64,000 bases of DNA from Neoechinorhynchus agilis (lineage: Eukaryota; Animalia; Acanthocephala). The translations under genes were made by a program, and so were the position numbers. The stretch's first letter is position 1. The number at the start of each line of letters is the position of its first letter. The notes beneath the pieces were generated by a model, which searched no databases, was not told the origin of the DNA, and was given only the letters and a program-made list of their open reading frames with translations. Positions 21,964 to 34,815 of the stretch are shown here, piece after piece. Location: NCBI GenBank assembly GCA_051530055.1, contig CM121341.1, positions 6,488,784 through 6,552,783 of the forward strand. Direction: 5' to 3'.

Positions 21964-22644
21964 TTCTATGAAAACGAGTGAGCAAATTATATTTTATAAG
22001 AACCGTGAAGCTACATATCAGTCGCTAATGCTTTCTCCATTTTATACTGATTTTTCACGCTAATGAACATTATCTTTGAATGTAGTAGTTTATTGTTTTT
22101 TTGACCATTAAGAAATCCATTAGAAAAAAGATGGACGGTGATTGGCTATTTGCTTGATTAAATGGAGAAACTAATTAAAGTAGGAGGTAATGATTTCGGC
22201 GATTGAATACCAATACTTTCAAATGTGATTTACGATGCAAATTGATTCCTTTATATTATTACATTTCGTGCCTTATCAGTGCTTATCATCCTCGACATGC
22301 CACAATCAAACAACTATTAGAAGTGTCCATTGACTTTATTTGAGGCTCTCAGAATACCAAAATAGAAAAGAGCTTGTCACTGACGTAGACACCAGTCTCG
22401 GTTACACCTTGCGAGATAACCTTAACTACGTAAAGTAACCTCAACACAGTCCCAAGCAAACATTTCTAAAAATTTAGTATAAAACGCGAGACAAGACTCG
22501 TAGTCGTCTAAGACTACATTTAGACAATGAATCTCCAACTTTTACGATGTGAGGTAACCTCAACACGAGTCCCAAGTAAACATTTCTAAAAAATTTAGTA
22601 TAAAACGCGAGGCAAGACCCGTAGTCCTCGACTAAAATCGTGCA

Positions 22645-23796
22645 ATGAATATCCTATTCTTTGTCTTAAGTTTTCTATTTGGCCTACTGGTTTACGGAGA
22701 TACAAGACCGTCAGACAAATGCGTTATCTTACATTCGAATAGAGTAAATTTTGCGATTCAGTGTAGTTCCCGCCATGACAATGCCACTACACTTATTGAA
22801 GCTTTAAACTCGAAAGCAAATGAATCAGTAGTCAGTCTTTCAATTGCAGGTGTTGGTATCGATGAAATTCCAAATAATCTATCTGACCTACTACCAAATG
22901 TTACCACCTTAAAGCTTAAAAATGCACCATCAAAGGAATATGAGATATGCACGAATATTTTCAAGAATATTGAGGTACTTGAGTTGATAAATATGAATAT
23001 AAGTGAAATGAAATTTACTACACCGCATCCAAATCTCATAGAATTAACAATAGTAGGTGGGGAGATGACAAAACTGGATAAATCATTTGGAACAAACCTT
23101 CCTAATCTTGAAAGTCTCTCTATTACCTCCAGTAAACTGTCAAGTCTTGGAGCAATCAAAAAGATATGTTCACTTCGGATCTTAAACCTGCGTGAAAATA
23201 AGATAACTTCACTCGATATTGACAACGCGACTCGTTTCCCATATCTTATGGTTCTCGATCTGGACGGAAACGCCATTGAATCTGTTGCAATCGATCACAG
23301 CGCCCTACCAGAACTCATAAATCTTTATATTGATTTCCACGGCGATCTTAATCAATTAATTACAGGTCTGAACTTACCAGAGCTAAAAGAATTGATGGTG
23401 AGAAAGTCGAATAGTAAGATACTTAATGTTCCTAACCTGGAAAACCTGCCTAAGCTGAAAGATTTGCATTTTGAGGAAGGCAAATTGGAAAGCGTGCCGA
23501 TTGGTAACAAACAGACTAATGCTACGATATCATTTCTTAGCCTTGCAAATAACAATATCAGTATTGTAAATGAATCGGATTTTGAAGGATGGACGAATCT
23601 ACGTATACTTCATTTAAATCAAAACAACATCAAGAAGTTATCATCGAATTCATTTTCGAAGCTAATTAATTTAAGATTTCTTTATTTAAGAAACAACTCT
23701 ATTTCGGAATCATACAACGACACTTTCCTAGGTCTACCAAGTCCCACATCAGTGTTCCTTGGCGGAAATCCGATAACTTCTGGACGCGGCGAGTAA
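22645..23796 (+). CDS. Secreted LRR protein, paralog 4 (383 aa)
   Basis: Signal peptide + LRRs; a mosaic of segments shared with paralogs 2, 3, 5 and 7. Confidence 0.92.
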   Translation: MNILFFVLSFLFGLLVYGDTRPSDKCVILHSNRVNFAIQCSSRHDNATTLIEALNSKANESVVSLSIAGVGIDEIPNNLSDLLPNVTTLKLKNAPSKEYEICTNIFKNIEVLELINMNISEMKFTTPHPNLIELTIVGGEMTKLDKSFGTNLPNLESLSITSSKLSSLGAIKKICSLRILNLRENKITSLDIDNATRFPYLMVLDLDGNAIESVAIDHSALPELINLYIDFHGDLNQLITGLNLPELKELMVRKSNSKILNVPNLENLPKLKDLHFEEGKLESVPIGNKQTNATISFLSLANNNISIVNESDFEGWTNLRILHLNQNNIKKLSSNSFSKLINLRFLYLRNNSISESYNDTFLGLPSPTSVFLGGNPITSGRGE

Positions 23797-24313
23797 AAAC
23801 CAACCGGAATGAAATCCACAAATGGAAAAAGGTCAATAAATTAAATGACGCTTTACTTTTGAGTTGTGTGCTTAAATCGTGTTACCAAAGTCATCGAATT
23901 TTTAAATCAGTGAGAATGCAATAATAATTCGATGCCATTTTCATCCGAAACTCCTTTTAAAGTAAAATCACTCCATTCTCGCCTGGCTCTCCTACTTTTC
24001 TCACATTCGATGCAAAGTATCTTTACGGCAATTTATTTCATTTCCAAATGCACGAAGAGGAGGACCCATGTCCCCGTTTGGGTGCTCGTAAACACTCGAG
24101 TTCTGATTGGGTCTTCAAATTTAATTGTCTGAGCGCCGATAAAAACACATTGATTTTTTGATTGAGATGCAAAGATTCGATTTGCGTTCACGCTTTTTTC
24201 TCGGCCCATTCGCGCACAAAGTCGAGACGCGATTTAAAAACTTTTGGGAACAAAATTCAAAACTTTTTTTCGATTCCAATGAAAGAGTTGGAGATGTTTT
24301 GAGCAAGAATACA

Positions 24314-26228
24314 ATGGTATCAAAGTTTGGCTCTTGTAGGCACGAAATTATTAATTATGATCATCAAAAGTATAGAATCGATAATTGTGACGTCACTCGA
24401 ACGCTTGAAAATTACGTGCCGATAGTCGTGTTCAGTGACGTCACCATAAGTCTCGCGAATCTGGAAGAACGCTGCATCGATAGAAAAAATCGATGGCAAA
24501 TAAAGCACGAAAATGCGCGAGGACGGCATGATAACGCGATCGATGTGTCGGAGGTTGGTTCAAACGAGCGAGAATCCTGACGATGCGGATCTATCGATTC
24601 CTATTGAACGTCGAATGATTTCCGATCGGTCGGAGTGCTTGTGCTATGCAAGTAAACAAGAAGTTTTGAAGAAGACTGGATGTGATATTGGTAATCGGTA
24701 TCTTTTTTTGTGAATGTTTATCCTCGCTTACAAATCTTACAATAGGTCCTCAACGCCCACAAATCGGGCTGCTTTATACATTAAATCACAAAAGGAAATT
24801 CCTCCAGAATTAAGCTTTAGAGCTAAGCGAGCTCATTATAACTACGCAGAATCGTAAGTATCGTGGCTGTACCGTTTTAATTTTGTTTTCTTCTTAAAAA
24901 GAGAAAGCTATTTGTTGCCAGACACAGAAGATTTGAACAGATCAAATTCGATGGTCCGCGATAGTTTTAGACGAAGGCTAGTGTCTCAGCGGCATAATTT
25001 AGCCAACCGACATTTAGAATTCGAAATGGTGATAGAATCCAAAAAACCTCGTTAAACTATCCAAATATTTTAATGTAATTTTTTGCCTTTATTCCCCGTT
25101 TGAAGAGATTTTTTGGAATATGATTATCACCTTTAAACAAAAACTAGTACTGGGAATTGTTGAGATCTTTTTCTCTCACTCTGAACGTCGGTTCTATAAA
25201 AGAAGTGTCATTAACTGGGACCGCAATGAATCTCATGGTTACTCGGATCCAATGGTTCATTTCAATGCTTTACATTTCGATCACTGACTACGTTAGACTA
25301 ATCCGAAACGACACAACAATTGGTCGAATAGAGCTTTCAGGCTCAAAAAACAAGCTGTCATTAATTCTGAAAGTGTTGACTGCTCAACTCCTAGGCATTT
25401 TGTTGATTGTGTTTCTCACGTCTGGTAAGTTGTTTTACACGGTTTCCAAAGTAGAAAAAATGACATATTTGAAGCCAATAAAGACAATGCTGAGATGATT
25501 GTCTATGATAAATCACAAAACGGACAAAGCACCGAGGGTTCCCCGAAGGAACAGCAGGAAACGCAAGTTCAATTGAATACGTCTTTTATAAATTACGCCA
25601 GATCGAGATACGGTTCCGTAGATCTCATCAATCCACGCATTCTCTATCGCTTCTTTTTAAAGTTTCATACATTGAAGCCAGTTCTGATACCAAATCCGTC
25701 TGCAAATCAGTCTCATCGGTTCGATGGCGGCGGTGGTGGCCGTTTACTCGATCGACCTATCTGATTCAGGCAGATCCAACCAATATAATAAAGGTTTGAT
25801 ATAATGTTTAATGAGAAGATCCTCTATGTGTTTGAATAGAGCAACTTGGAACCTGGATTTTGTTGGTGTTTTGTGGGATCCCACGGATCCGTGGATATTT
25901 CGTGGGTACACAATATAACGATCACCGGTTGGACGTATAAACATTGCCGTCGATACGAAACGAAAACTCCGGATTCGGCACCTAGGCAAATGTCGCTATT
26001 TGTAAGTGTACAAGTAATTCCCTTTAACTCCATTATCTACTGTTTTAGAACCAAAGACTCAACCAGAGCATTGGAGATTTCGAATTCCTTTACGAAGATT
26101 ATAAGCAATCGTTCAGTCTAAAGAATACGGTTTACACTGATCAAATGCAAATCAAGGTCCTTTCTAATTGGGGGAATCAGTATTTCACCTGCTTATACAA
26201 AGTCAAGTTCGTGGGTCCGAACATGTGA
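24314..26228 (+). CDS. SUN-domain nuclear envelope protein (multi-exon; start codon uncertain)
   Basis: Spliced exons give INYARSRY, PGFCWCFVGSHG, DSAPRQMSLF and SNWGNQYFTCLYKVKFVG, matching the SUN domain. Short GT-AG introns. Confidence 0.82.
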
Positions 26229-27189
26229 CGGTTTTGGGTTCTTACTCACTAGTATAAATTTCTGTTCTTGTTTGAGAAAATAGCACCCGCTTTTCGAACA
26301 TCATTTCATTCAAAAAAGCACGTTTATTATTATGTTGATCGCTAAGTCCAATGTATTTATATCGCTTTGTGCAGGACCGACTTGGAAATTTTTGAAAATA
26401 CCCCGTTCGTCCATATCACAAGAGAACTCCTATTATCATGGGTGTATATTTAAATCAAAACCTCAGCTAAAAAACCTTTCTGATCTAGTATACCGCATTT
26501 CCTTTCTACGACTGCGAAATGGTATTCGTTGGTGAAACAGTGAGCTGTTCAAGGAAACTCGTCGACGTGAAAAAAGAAGGCTTTAAGAAGTGGCGATATG
26601 ACTTCAGCGATTAACCCGAGACCACGTATCATCAAAGTAACTTTTAATTCACCTATCAGTGCCTACCTCTTTCTTAACAAGAGATACAAACTCCTTTACT
26701 TCACAACTTTCTTTTCGTATCTATCCACATTAGAACTCATCACAAAATAATTCCACCGCCTCTCCAAACTTAACCCAGATATCATCTTCCCAATGTAACC
26801 CTTCACTTTTAGCGAACATCCACAAACATCTCCCCATCCCAAAATGTCGAAGAATATGCGACTTCCTAGTTTCTTTGATTACGTGTAACTCCACCGGCGC
26901 CCGAATAACCACAAAGGTCAATCTCCCTGCCCTTCCACATTAAATACTCTCTTTTTCCCGAATCAAGTAAATAATTATCTTTCTACTCCTACTCAAAATC
27001 ACACCGTAGCTGATTCACACCAAGTCTGAGCTCTAAACTCATTTCTACCATTACTAATCACTCATCCTAGCTCAAGTTTTCGATTCGCCCCGGACTTCAC
27101 TCTTTGGGATAATTAATCGTTCTATATCGGCATCCTGTAGCGATTCCTGCCTTAATCCATACCCGCAACGAGAAACACAACTCCAATCT

Positions 27190-28620
27190 CCCACACTTCC
27201 GCCCCCGGTTTGCCGAAATTCAAAAATCCCTTCCCTACCGTAATCTATCCCAATATTCGTAGCGTCCTTCCTAAACTGGATGAAATTTCATCTACCTCAA
27301 AAGGCCACGTAGTCATCTTAACAGAAACGTGGCTTACTCCCTTCAACAGCGATTCAGTCATCCTTCCCGGGAGTCTCTTCCCTTCCATACGGACCGCGAG
27401 GACCGTCCAGGGCGGGGTCTCAATTTACGTACGACAATCACTACCATAATCTTTATCTCTTATAAGCTCTCTACAAAACCCGATCTAGAATTCATCGCAG
27501 TCCATTTCATAGCTCCTCTGAGAAACGGCCTTAGAGAATCCACAATTGCTGGCGTCTATCGCCCTCCTGCCTCTCGTCCTGAGTCCTCTTTGCGCCAACT
27601 TGATTCCATGTTGCTCCGCAAATTCATACCATTTCTTAATTGCAGGGCACTTCAATAAACTGTTTTTTCTCTCACCTTTCTCTGAGTTTCGTCAACTAAT
27701 TGGACGCACAAAGTGTTGACCAATAGCGGCGCCTACTCATCCGCATCAAAACTACGCCCCTCCGCAAACTCTTAGCACTCTTCGGACCTCATCACTTCCT
27801 CCACCTCACCTCAGCGTTTAAAATCAATTCGTTTACCCGTCTGGGATAAAGAAGATCATAACATTTACAATTGTATTAAATTGTTCAATTCTATGATTCA
27901 CACCATCCACTATGGCAACACAAATTACTCTTCCTACAAAGGCAAGCGTCTAAGGCCCATCGCAATCAATCTCCAGACTCTCCCCGTTTAGAAATAGCTC
28001 TAATTAACAAAATACATATCGCCCGCAAAAACTTCCTTGCCTCTAAAATTCGATCAGGACATGGTGGCGGGCCGTCAAGAACTCTCTCTTGGTCTACGCT
28101 ACCCGGATCCCTTCCCTAATTTGTCTTCAATTGAATTAAAACAGGTTCTAGATTTCATTAATCTGATCCTCTACCCTGACTCAATTTACAATCACTGCTC
28201 CACATCAGTCACCACACAATCTTTCACGCCTACACCTGAAACTTTTGTCAACTCGCCGATACTCTCCTTAGTTTCATCATATCAAGTCCTACAACATCTC
28301 AAGAAATTACCTGGAAATTCGTCCTCTCAATCCGAAATCCCAAACTGGACTCTTCGCAGCATCATGCCCGAGCTCATCGAACATCTTACCCACATCATAA
28401 ACCACAGCGTTTTATATGGCATCTACTCCTCATGCCTGAAAACTGCTAAAGTTATACTTGCTCCAAAAAAGGGCATCCTATTTCGGCCGAATCATTCCGC
28501 CCAATTTCCATTCTGCCCGCTCTTTCAAAAATCATCGAAAAATGTTTGAAATCTCACCTTCTTTCACTTCACGAAAAGTTATTGCCCTACAATTTGGCTT
28601 CCGACCCAGATTTTCTGCAA
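27190..28620 (+). mobile_element. CR1/L2-group LINE fragment (APE endonuclease + RT N-terminus)
   Basis: NIRSVLPKLDEI, ILTETWL, GGVSIYV, KTAKVI...KKG and QFGFRP. Truncated where Pax copy 3 begins. Confidence 0.85.
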
Positions 28621-29322
28621 TCGCCAAAGTTTCTATTGTACTGATGGGGCCAATAGGCGTTTGCGGTTTCGTTCTGAAAATGATTCGTGCCACAAAAGTA
28701 ATAGTCGTTTGCGTGGTAATATTCAGCCGAAAAATAATGATGCTGTACGTCCGAAATCTTCGCAGGATTTCCAATGTGATTGTTCATGTCGCTGCCGCAA
28801 ACAATTTTCCCCACAGTTTGCTTTCTATCTTTAAAGCGACGGTTTCCAAACCACGACTAAAAACGCTTCTGACAAACAATATTTCCGAAATCTCAACAAA
28901 CCTTCACATTTTTTGTTGGTATTTGTAATTGAAGTGAAATGTCGTTTTGTGTTTCTTTACTGGGCAATGGATTCGAACGATAAAACTCCTCCAATATCGC
29001 TATCTGCTGCTTCGTATATTTCAATCTCGGATTTTTATGTGAGCGGAAGGAGGTAATGTTCTTATGCCTAAGGCAAAATTATTAATATTTAATTTAAAAC
29101 GCAAACCTTTTCAATATTTTGGTTACACAACTGTGAGAAACCCTCGTTGTTTCCGCAATTGCGAATTTCGGCAATCCTGCATTTGACAATCTTATTATTT
29201 CTCGTTTCAAAAAATCACATAGAGTTTCCCCTCTGACATACGGCCGTCCCATTTGATTCAGAGTTCCTTCATTCGAAATTAATAATTTCATGAAAAGAGA
29301 TCAAATTCTTACCATAAGACAT
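28587..29322 (-). CDS. Pax-like PAI-homeodomain gene, copy 3 (apparently open; C-terminal end taken from antisense LINE DNA)
   Basis: Exon 1 is ATGTCTTATG (MSYG). Splice sites and frame are conserved, PAI and WFGNRR are intact, and the tail ends NRNFGDCRKSGSEAKL. Confidence 0.8.
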
Positions 29323-30009
29323 TTCTATGAAAACGAGTGAGCAAATTATATTTTATAAGAACCGTGAAGCTACATATCGGTATTCGCTAATGCTTTCTCC
29401 ATTTTATACTGATTTTTCACGCTAATGAACATTATCTTTGAATGTAGTAGTTTATTGTTTTTTTGACCATTAAGAAATCCATTAGAAAAAAGATGGACGG
29501 TGATTGGCTATTTGCTCGATTAAATGGAGAAACTAATTAAAGTAGGAGGTAATGATTTCGGCGATTAAATACCAATACTTTCAAATGTGATTTACGATGC
29601 AAATTGATTCCTTTATATTATTACATTTCGTGCCTTATCAGTGCTTATCATCCTCGACATGCCACAATCAAACAACTATTAGAAGTGTCCATTTGAGACT
29701 TTATTTGAGGCTCTAAGAATACCAAAATAGAAAAGGGCTTGTCACTGACGTAGACATCCAGTCTCGGTTACACCTTGCGAGATAACCTTAACTACGTAAA
29801 GTAACCTCAACACGAGTCCCAAGCAAACATTTCTAAAAAATTTAGTATAAAACGCGAGACAAGACTCGTAGTCGTCGACTAAAACTGGGCAATGAATCTC
29901 CAACTTTTACGATGTGAGGTAACCTCAACACGAGTCCCAAGCAAACATTTCTAAAAAATTTAGTATAAAACGCGAGGCAAGACCCGTAGTCCTCGACTAA
30001 AATCGTGCA

Positions 30010-30960
30010 ATGAATATCCTATTCTTTGTCTTAAGTTTTCTATTTGGCCTACTGGTTTACGGAGATACAAGACCGTCAGACAAATGCGTTATCTTACATT
30101 CGAATAGAGTAAATTTTGCGATTCAGTGTAGTTCCAGCCATGACAATGCCACTACACTTATTGAAGTTTTAAATTCGAAAGCAAATGGACCAGCAACCAG
30201 TCTTTCAATTGCAGGTGTTGGTATCGATGAGATTCCAAATAATCTATCTGACCTACTACCAAATGTTACCAACTTAAGGCTTGAAAATGCACCATCAAAG
30301 GAATATGCGATGTGCACGAATATTTTCAAGAATATTCAGAGACTTGAGTTGATAAATATGAATATATTTGAAATGGAATTCATGCAGCCGCATCCAAATC
30401 TCATAGAATTAACAATAGTAGGTGGGGAGATGACAAAACTGGATAAATCATTTGGGACAAAACTTCCTAATCTTACAATTCTCTCTATTACTTCTGATTT
30501 CCTCGGCGATCTAAATCAATTAATCCAAAATCTGAACTTACCAGAGCTGACAAGCTTGACTGTCAGAAAAACGAACAGTAAGATACTTAATGTTCCTAAC
30601 CTGGAAAACCTGCCTAAGCTGAAATATTTGTATTTTGAGGATGGCAAATTGGAAAGCGTGCCGATTGGTAACAAACAGACTAATGCTACGATATCATTTC
30701 TTAGCCTTGCAAATAACAATATCAGTATTGTAAATGAATCGGATTTTGAAGGATGGACGAATCTACGTGAACTTTATTTAAATCAAAACAACATCAAGAA
30801 GTTATCATCGAATTCATTTTCGAAGCTGATTAGTTTATGGTTTCTAGATTTAAGAAACAACTCTATTTCGGAATCATACAACGACACTTTCCTGGGTCTA
30901 CGAAGTCCCATATTAGTGCTCGTTGGCGGAAATCCGATAACTTCTGGACGCGGCGAGTAA
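30010..30960 (+). CDS. Secreted LRR protein, paralog 5 (316 aa; in-frame loss of ~3 LRR modules)
   Basis: 67 aa shorter than paralog 4. The junction LSITS-DFLGD fuses two beta-strands. Confidence 0.9.
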   Translation: MNILFFVLSFLFGLLVYGDTRPSDKCVILHSNRVNFAIQCSSSHDNATTLIEVLNSKANGPATSLSIAGVGIDEIPNNLSDLLPNVTNLRLENAPSKEYAMCTNIFKNIQRLELINMNIFEMEFMQPHPNLIELTIVGGEMTKLDKSFGTKLPNLTILSITSDFLGDLNQLIQNLNLPELTSLTVRKTNSKILNVPNLENLPKLKYLYFEDGKLESVPIGNKQTNATISFLSLANNNISIVNESDFEGWTNLRELYLNQNNIKKLSSNSFSKLISLWFLDLRNNSISESYNDTFLGLRSPILVLVGGNPITSGRGE

Positions 30961-31478
30961 AAACCAACCGGAATGAAATCCACAAATGGAAAAAGGTCAA
31001 TAAATTAAATGACGCTTTACTTTTGAGTTGTGTGCTTAAATCGTCTTACCAAAGTCATCGAATTTTTAAATCAGTGAGAATGCAATAATAATTCGATGCC
31101 ATTTTCATCCGAAACTCCTTTTAAAGTAAAATCACTCCATTCTCGCCTGGCTCTCCTACTTTTCTCACATTCGATGCAAAGTATCTTTACGGCAATTTAT
31201 TTCATTTCCAAATGCACGAAGAGGAGGACCCATGTCCCCGTTTGGGTGCTCGTAAACACTCGAGTTCTGATTGGGTCTTCAAATTTAATTGTCTGAGCGC
31301 CGATAAAAACACATTGATTTTTTGATTGAGATGCAAAGATTCGATTTGCGTTCACGCTTTTTTCTCGGCCCATTCGCGCACAAAGTCGAGACGCGATTTA
31401 AAAACTTTTGGGAACAAAATTCAAAACTTTTTTTTCGATTCCAATGAAAGAGTTGGAGATGTTTTGAGCAAGAATACA

Positions 31479-32780
31479 ATGGTATCAAAGTTTGGCTCTT
31501 GTCGGCACGAAATTATTAATTATGATCATCAAAAGTATAGAATCGATAATTGTGACGTCACTCGAACGCTTGAAAATTACGCGCCGATAGTCGTGTTCAG
31601 TGACGTCACCATAAGTCTCGCGAATCTGGAAGAACGCTGCATCGATAGAAAAAATCGATGGCAAATAAAGCACGAAAATGCGCGAGGACGGCATGATAAC
31701 GCGATCGATGTGTCGGAGGTTGGTTCAAACGAGCGAGAATCCTGACGATGCGGATCTATCGATTCCTATTGAACGTCGAATGATTTCCGATCGGTCGGAG
31801 TGCTTGTGCTATGCAAGTAAACAAGAAGTTTTGAAGAAGACTGGACGTGATATTGGTAATCGGTATCTTTTTTTGTGAATGTTTATCCTCGCTTACAAAT
31901 CTTACAATAGGTCCTCAACGCCCACAAATCGGGCTGCTTTATACATTAAATCACAAAAGGAAATTCCTCCAGAATTAAGCTTTAGAGCTAAGCGAGCTCA
32001 TTATAACTACGCAGAATCGTAAGTATCGTGGCTGTACCGTTTTAATTTTGTTTTCTCCTTAAAAAGAGAAAGCTATTTGTTGCCAGACACAGAAGATTTG
32101 AACAGATCAAATTCGATGGTCCGCGATAGTTTTAGACGAAGGCTAGTGTCTCAGCGGCATAATTTAGCCAACCGACATTTAGAATTCGAAATGGTGATAG
32201 AATCCAAAAAACCTCGTTAAACTATCCAAATATTTTAATGTAATTTTTTGCCTTTATTCCCCGTTTGAAGAGATTTTTTGGAATATGATTATCACCTTTA
32301 AACAAAAACTAGTACTGGGAATTGTTGAGATCTTTTTCTCTCACTCTGAACGTCGGTTCTATAAAAGAAGTGTCATTAACTGGGACCGCAATGAATCTCA
32401 TGGTTACTCGGATCCAATGGTTCATTTCAATGCTTTACATTTCGATCACTGACTACGTTCGACTAATCCGAAACGACACAACAATTGGTCGAATAGAGCT
32501 TTCAGGCTCAAAAAACATGCTGTCATTAATTCTGAAAGTGTTGACTGCTCAACTCCTAGGCATTTTGTTGATTGTGTTTCTCACGTCTGGTAAGTTGTTT
32601 TACACGGTTTCCAAAGTAGAAAAAATGACATATTTAAAGCCAATAAAGACAATGCTGAGATGATTGTCTATGATAAATCACAAAACGGACAAAGCACCGA
32701 GGGTTCCCCGAAGGAACAGCAGGAAACGCAAGTTCAATTGAATACGTCTTTTATAAATTACGCCAGATCGAGATACGGTT
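31479..32780 (+). pseudogene. 5'-partial duplicate of the SUN gene, truncated at the start of the SUN domain
   Basis: Near-identical to 24314-25615 (offset ~7165 bp); homology stops after AGATACGGTT. Confidence 0.85.
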
Positions 32781-33197
32781 TTGTTTGTGGCGGAAAAATT
32801 GAGACGAGAAGGCGGAGTTACATTCATTCGACGGGGCCTACTGAGACCAATGTATCAAACAACTATTAGAAGTGTCCATTTGAGACTTTATTTGAGGCTC
32901 TAAGAATACCAAAATAGAAAAGAGCTTGTCACTGACGTAGACATCCAGTCTCGGTTACACCTTGCGAGATAACCTTAACTACGTAAAGTAACCTCAACAC
33001 GAGTCCCAAGCAAACATTTGTAAAAAATTTAGTATAAAACGCGAGGCAAGACTCGTAGTCGTCGACTAAAACTGGGCAATGAATCTCCAACTTTTACGAT
33101 GTGAGGTAACCTCAACACGAGTCCCAAGTAAACATTTCTAAAAAATTTAGTATAAAAACGCGAGACAAGACCCGTAGTCCTCGACTAAAATCGTGCA

Positions 33198-33914
33198 ATG
33201 AATATCCTATTCTTCGTCTTAAGTTTTCTATTTGGCCTACAAGGCGGATTTCCAAGCTTTAAGGTTGTAACGTTTGGTAGAATGTCAGATAAATTATTTG
33301 GAATTTCAATGAATCAGTAGTCAGACTTTCCATTACAGGTGTTGGTATCGATGAAATTCCAAATAATCTATCTGACATACTGCCAAAAGTTGCCACCTTA
33401 AAGCTTAAAAATGCACCTTCAAAGGAATATGAGATATCCACAAACAAGTTCTATAACATTGAGAGACTTGAGTTGATAAATATGAATATAAGTGAAATGG
33501 AATTCACTACACCGCATCCAAATCTCAAAGATTTAAAAAAAAATTTGGTAGAGAGATGGCACAACTGGATAAATCATTTGTAACAAACCTTCCTAACCTT
33601 GAATGGCTCATTATTCTTTATTGTAAACTGTCAAGTCTTGGAGTAATTAAAAATATTTGCTCACTTCGGCACTTACTCCTGGATGAAAATAATATAACTT
33701 CACTCGATATTGACAACGCAACTTGTTTACAAAACCTTGTGATGTTCGAATTGAACGCTAACGCGATTGAATCAATCGCAATCGATCACGACGCTCTACC
33801 CCAACTAAAATATCTTCTAATGGATTTCCATTGTGATCTTAATCAATTGATCAAACACCTGAACCTACCACAACTATTAGAATTGACTGTGAGAAAGACG
33901 AACAGTACGATATC
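33198..33914 (+). pseudogene. LRR paralog 6, rearranged pseudogene (inverted insert, frameshift, 3' truncation)
   Basis: A partial signal peptide is followed by a 66-bp inverted LRR-gene segment, then LRR sequence resumes (ORF 33556-33942) and breaks at about 33914. Confidence 0.88.
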
Positions 33915-34319
33915 ATCCCTCGACTGGATATTCCCATCCTAACTGATACGGTTTTTTTGAACAATTGTGAACTTGAGTGCTTGTGAGGACCCAAAGGTAC
34001 ATGGGTTCTCCTATTCTTTCCTTGTATTTTTCAACAATAAACGTGTTATTATTAACAACGAACTCAATTAGGTTTGATAAGACCGAAGTTCTCTTCTGCA
34101 AGGAACACAAAATTCCATCGAATTATTAAAGAATTTCAAGAGAACAAAGCAAACGTTTCCCCTCTAATTATCTTTAGTTGGACCAAGAGAAGCAGCCTAC
34201 AAAGGTGACAATGCTGCCTAACCGATTCAATCGAACACTCGGCCGTGTGATTTGGGACTAATACAGTCTAATTTTTAGATTTGAATTGCACATTCCCTAC
34301 TCTCTCGAAATCGCTGGAG

Positions 34320-34815
34320 GCGCAGCGGAAGGGAGGAAGGTACGAAAATATAGGGATTTAGCAAGGGCCCACTAATTTGTCCCCTTCGGAGTAGTGGAGA
34401 CGTATGGAGCGCTTGGCAGCTCGACACTCTGCTCCAGGATCTTTCGAAGAAATTGAGAGAAACGACCGGCGATGCACGAGCAGGACAAAATATCTCGCTC
34501 GCAGTACAACGAGGCAATGTTGCTAGCGTGATAGCGACAGCCGTCGACCTGACGGAATTTCGGTCTTTACGTGACGGGAGGGCAAATGCCTTCTCTGGGA
34601 CACCCTCACAGTAAGCAACATTCCCTACTCTCTCGAAATCGCTGGAGGCGCAGCGGAAGGGAGGAAGGTACGAAAATATAGGGATTTAGCAAGGACCCAC
34701 TAATTTGTCCCCTTCGGAGTAGTGGAGACGTGTGGAGCGCTTGGCAGCTCGGCACTCTGCTCCAGGATCTTACAGTACAACGAGGCAATGTTGCTAACGT
34801 GATAGCTACAGCGGA
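34320..34815 (+). mobile_element. Two tandem CRE-like non-LTR 3' fragments
   Basis: FVPFGVVETYGALG and ISLAVQRGNVASV; the segment is repeated at about 34328 and 34618. Confidence 0.65.

Noticed and set aside
25157-25498. 113-aa ORF with a hydrophobic stretch as the SUN transmembrane segment
   Set aside because: My splice-consistent path uses other frames through this region, so the ORF may be an off-frame artefact; unresolved without cDNA.
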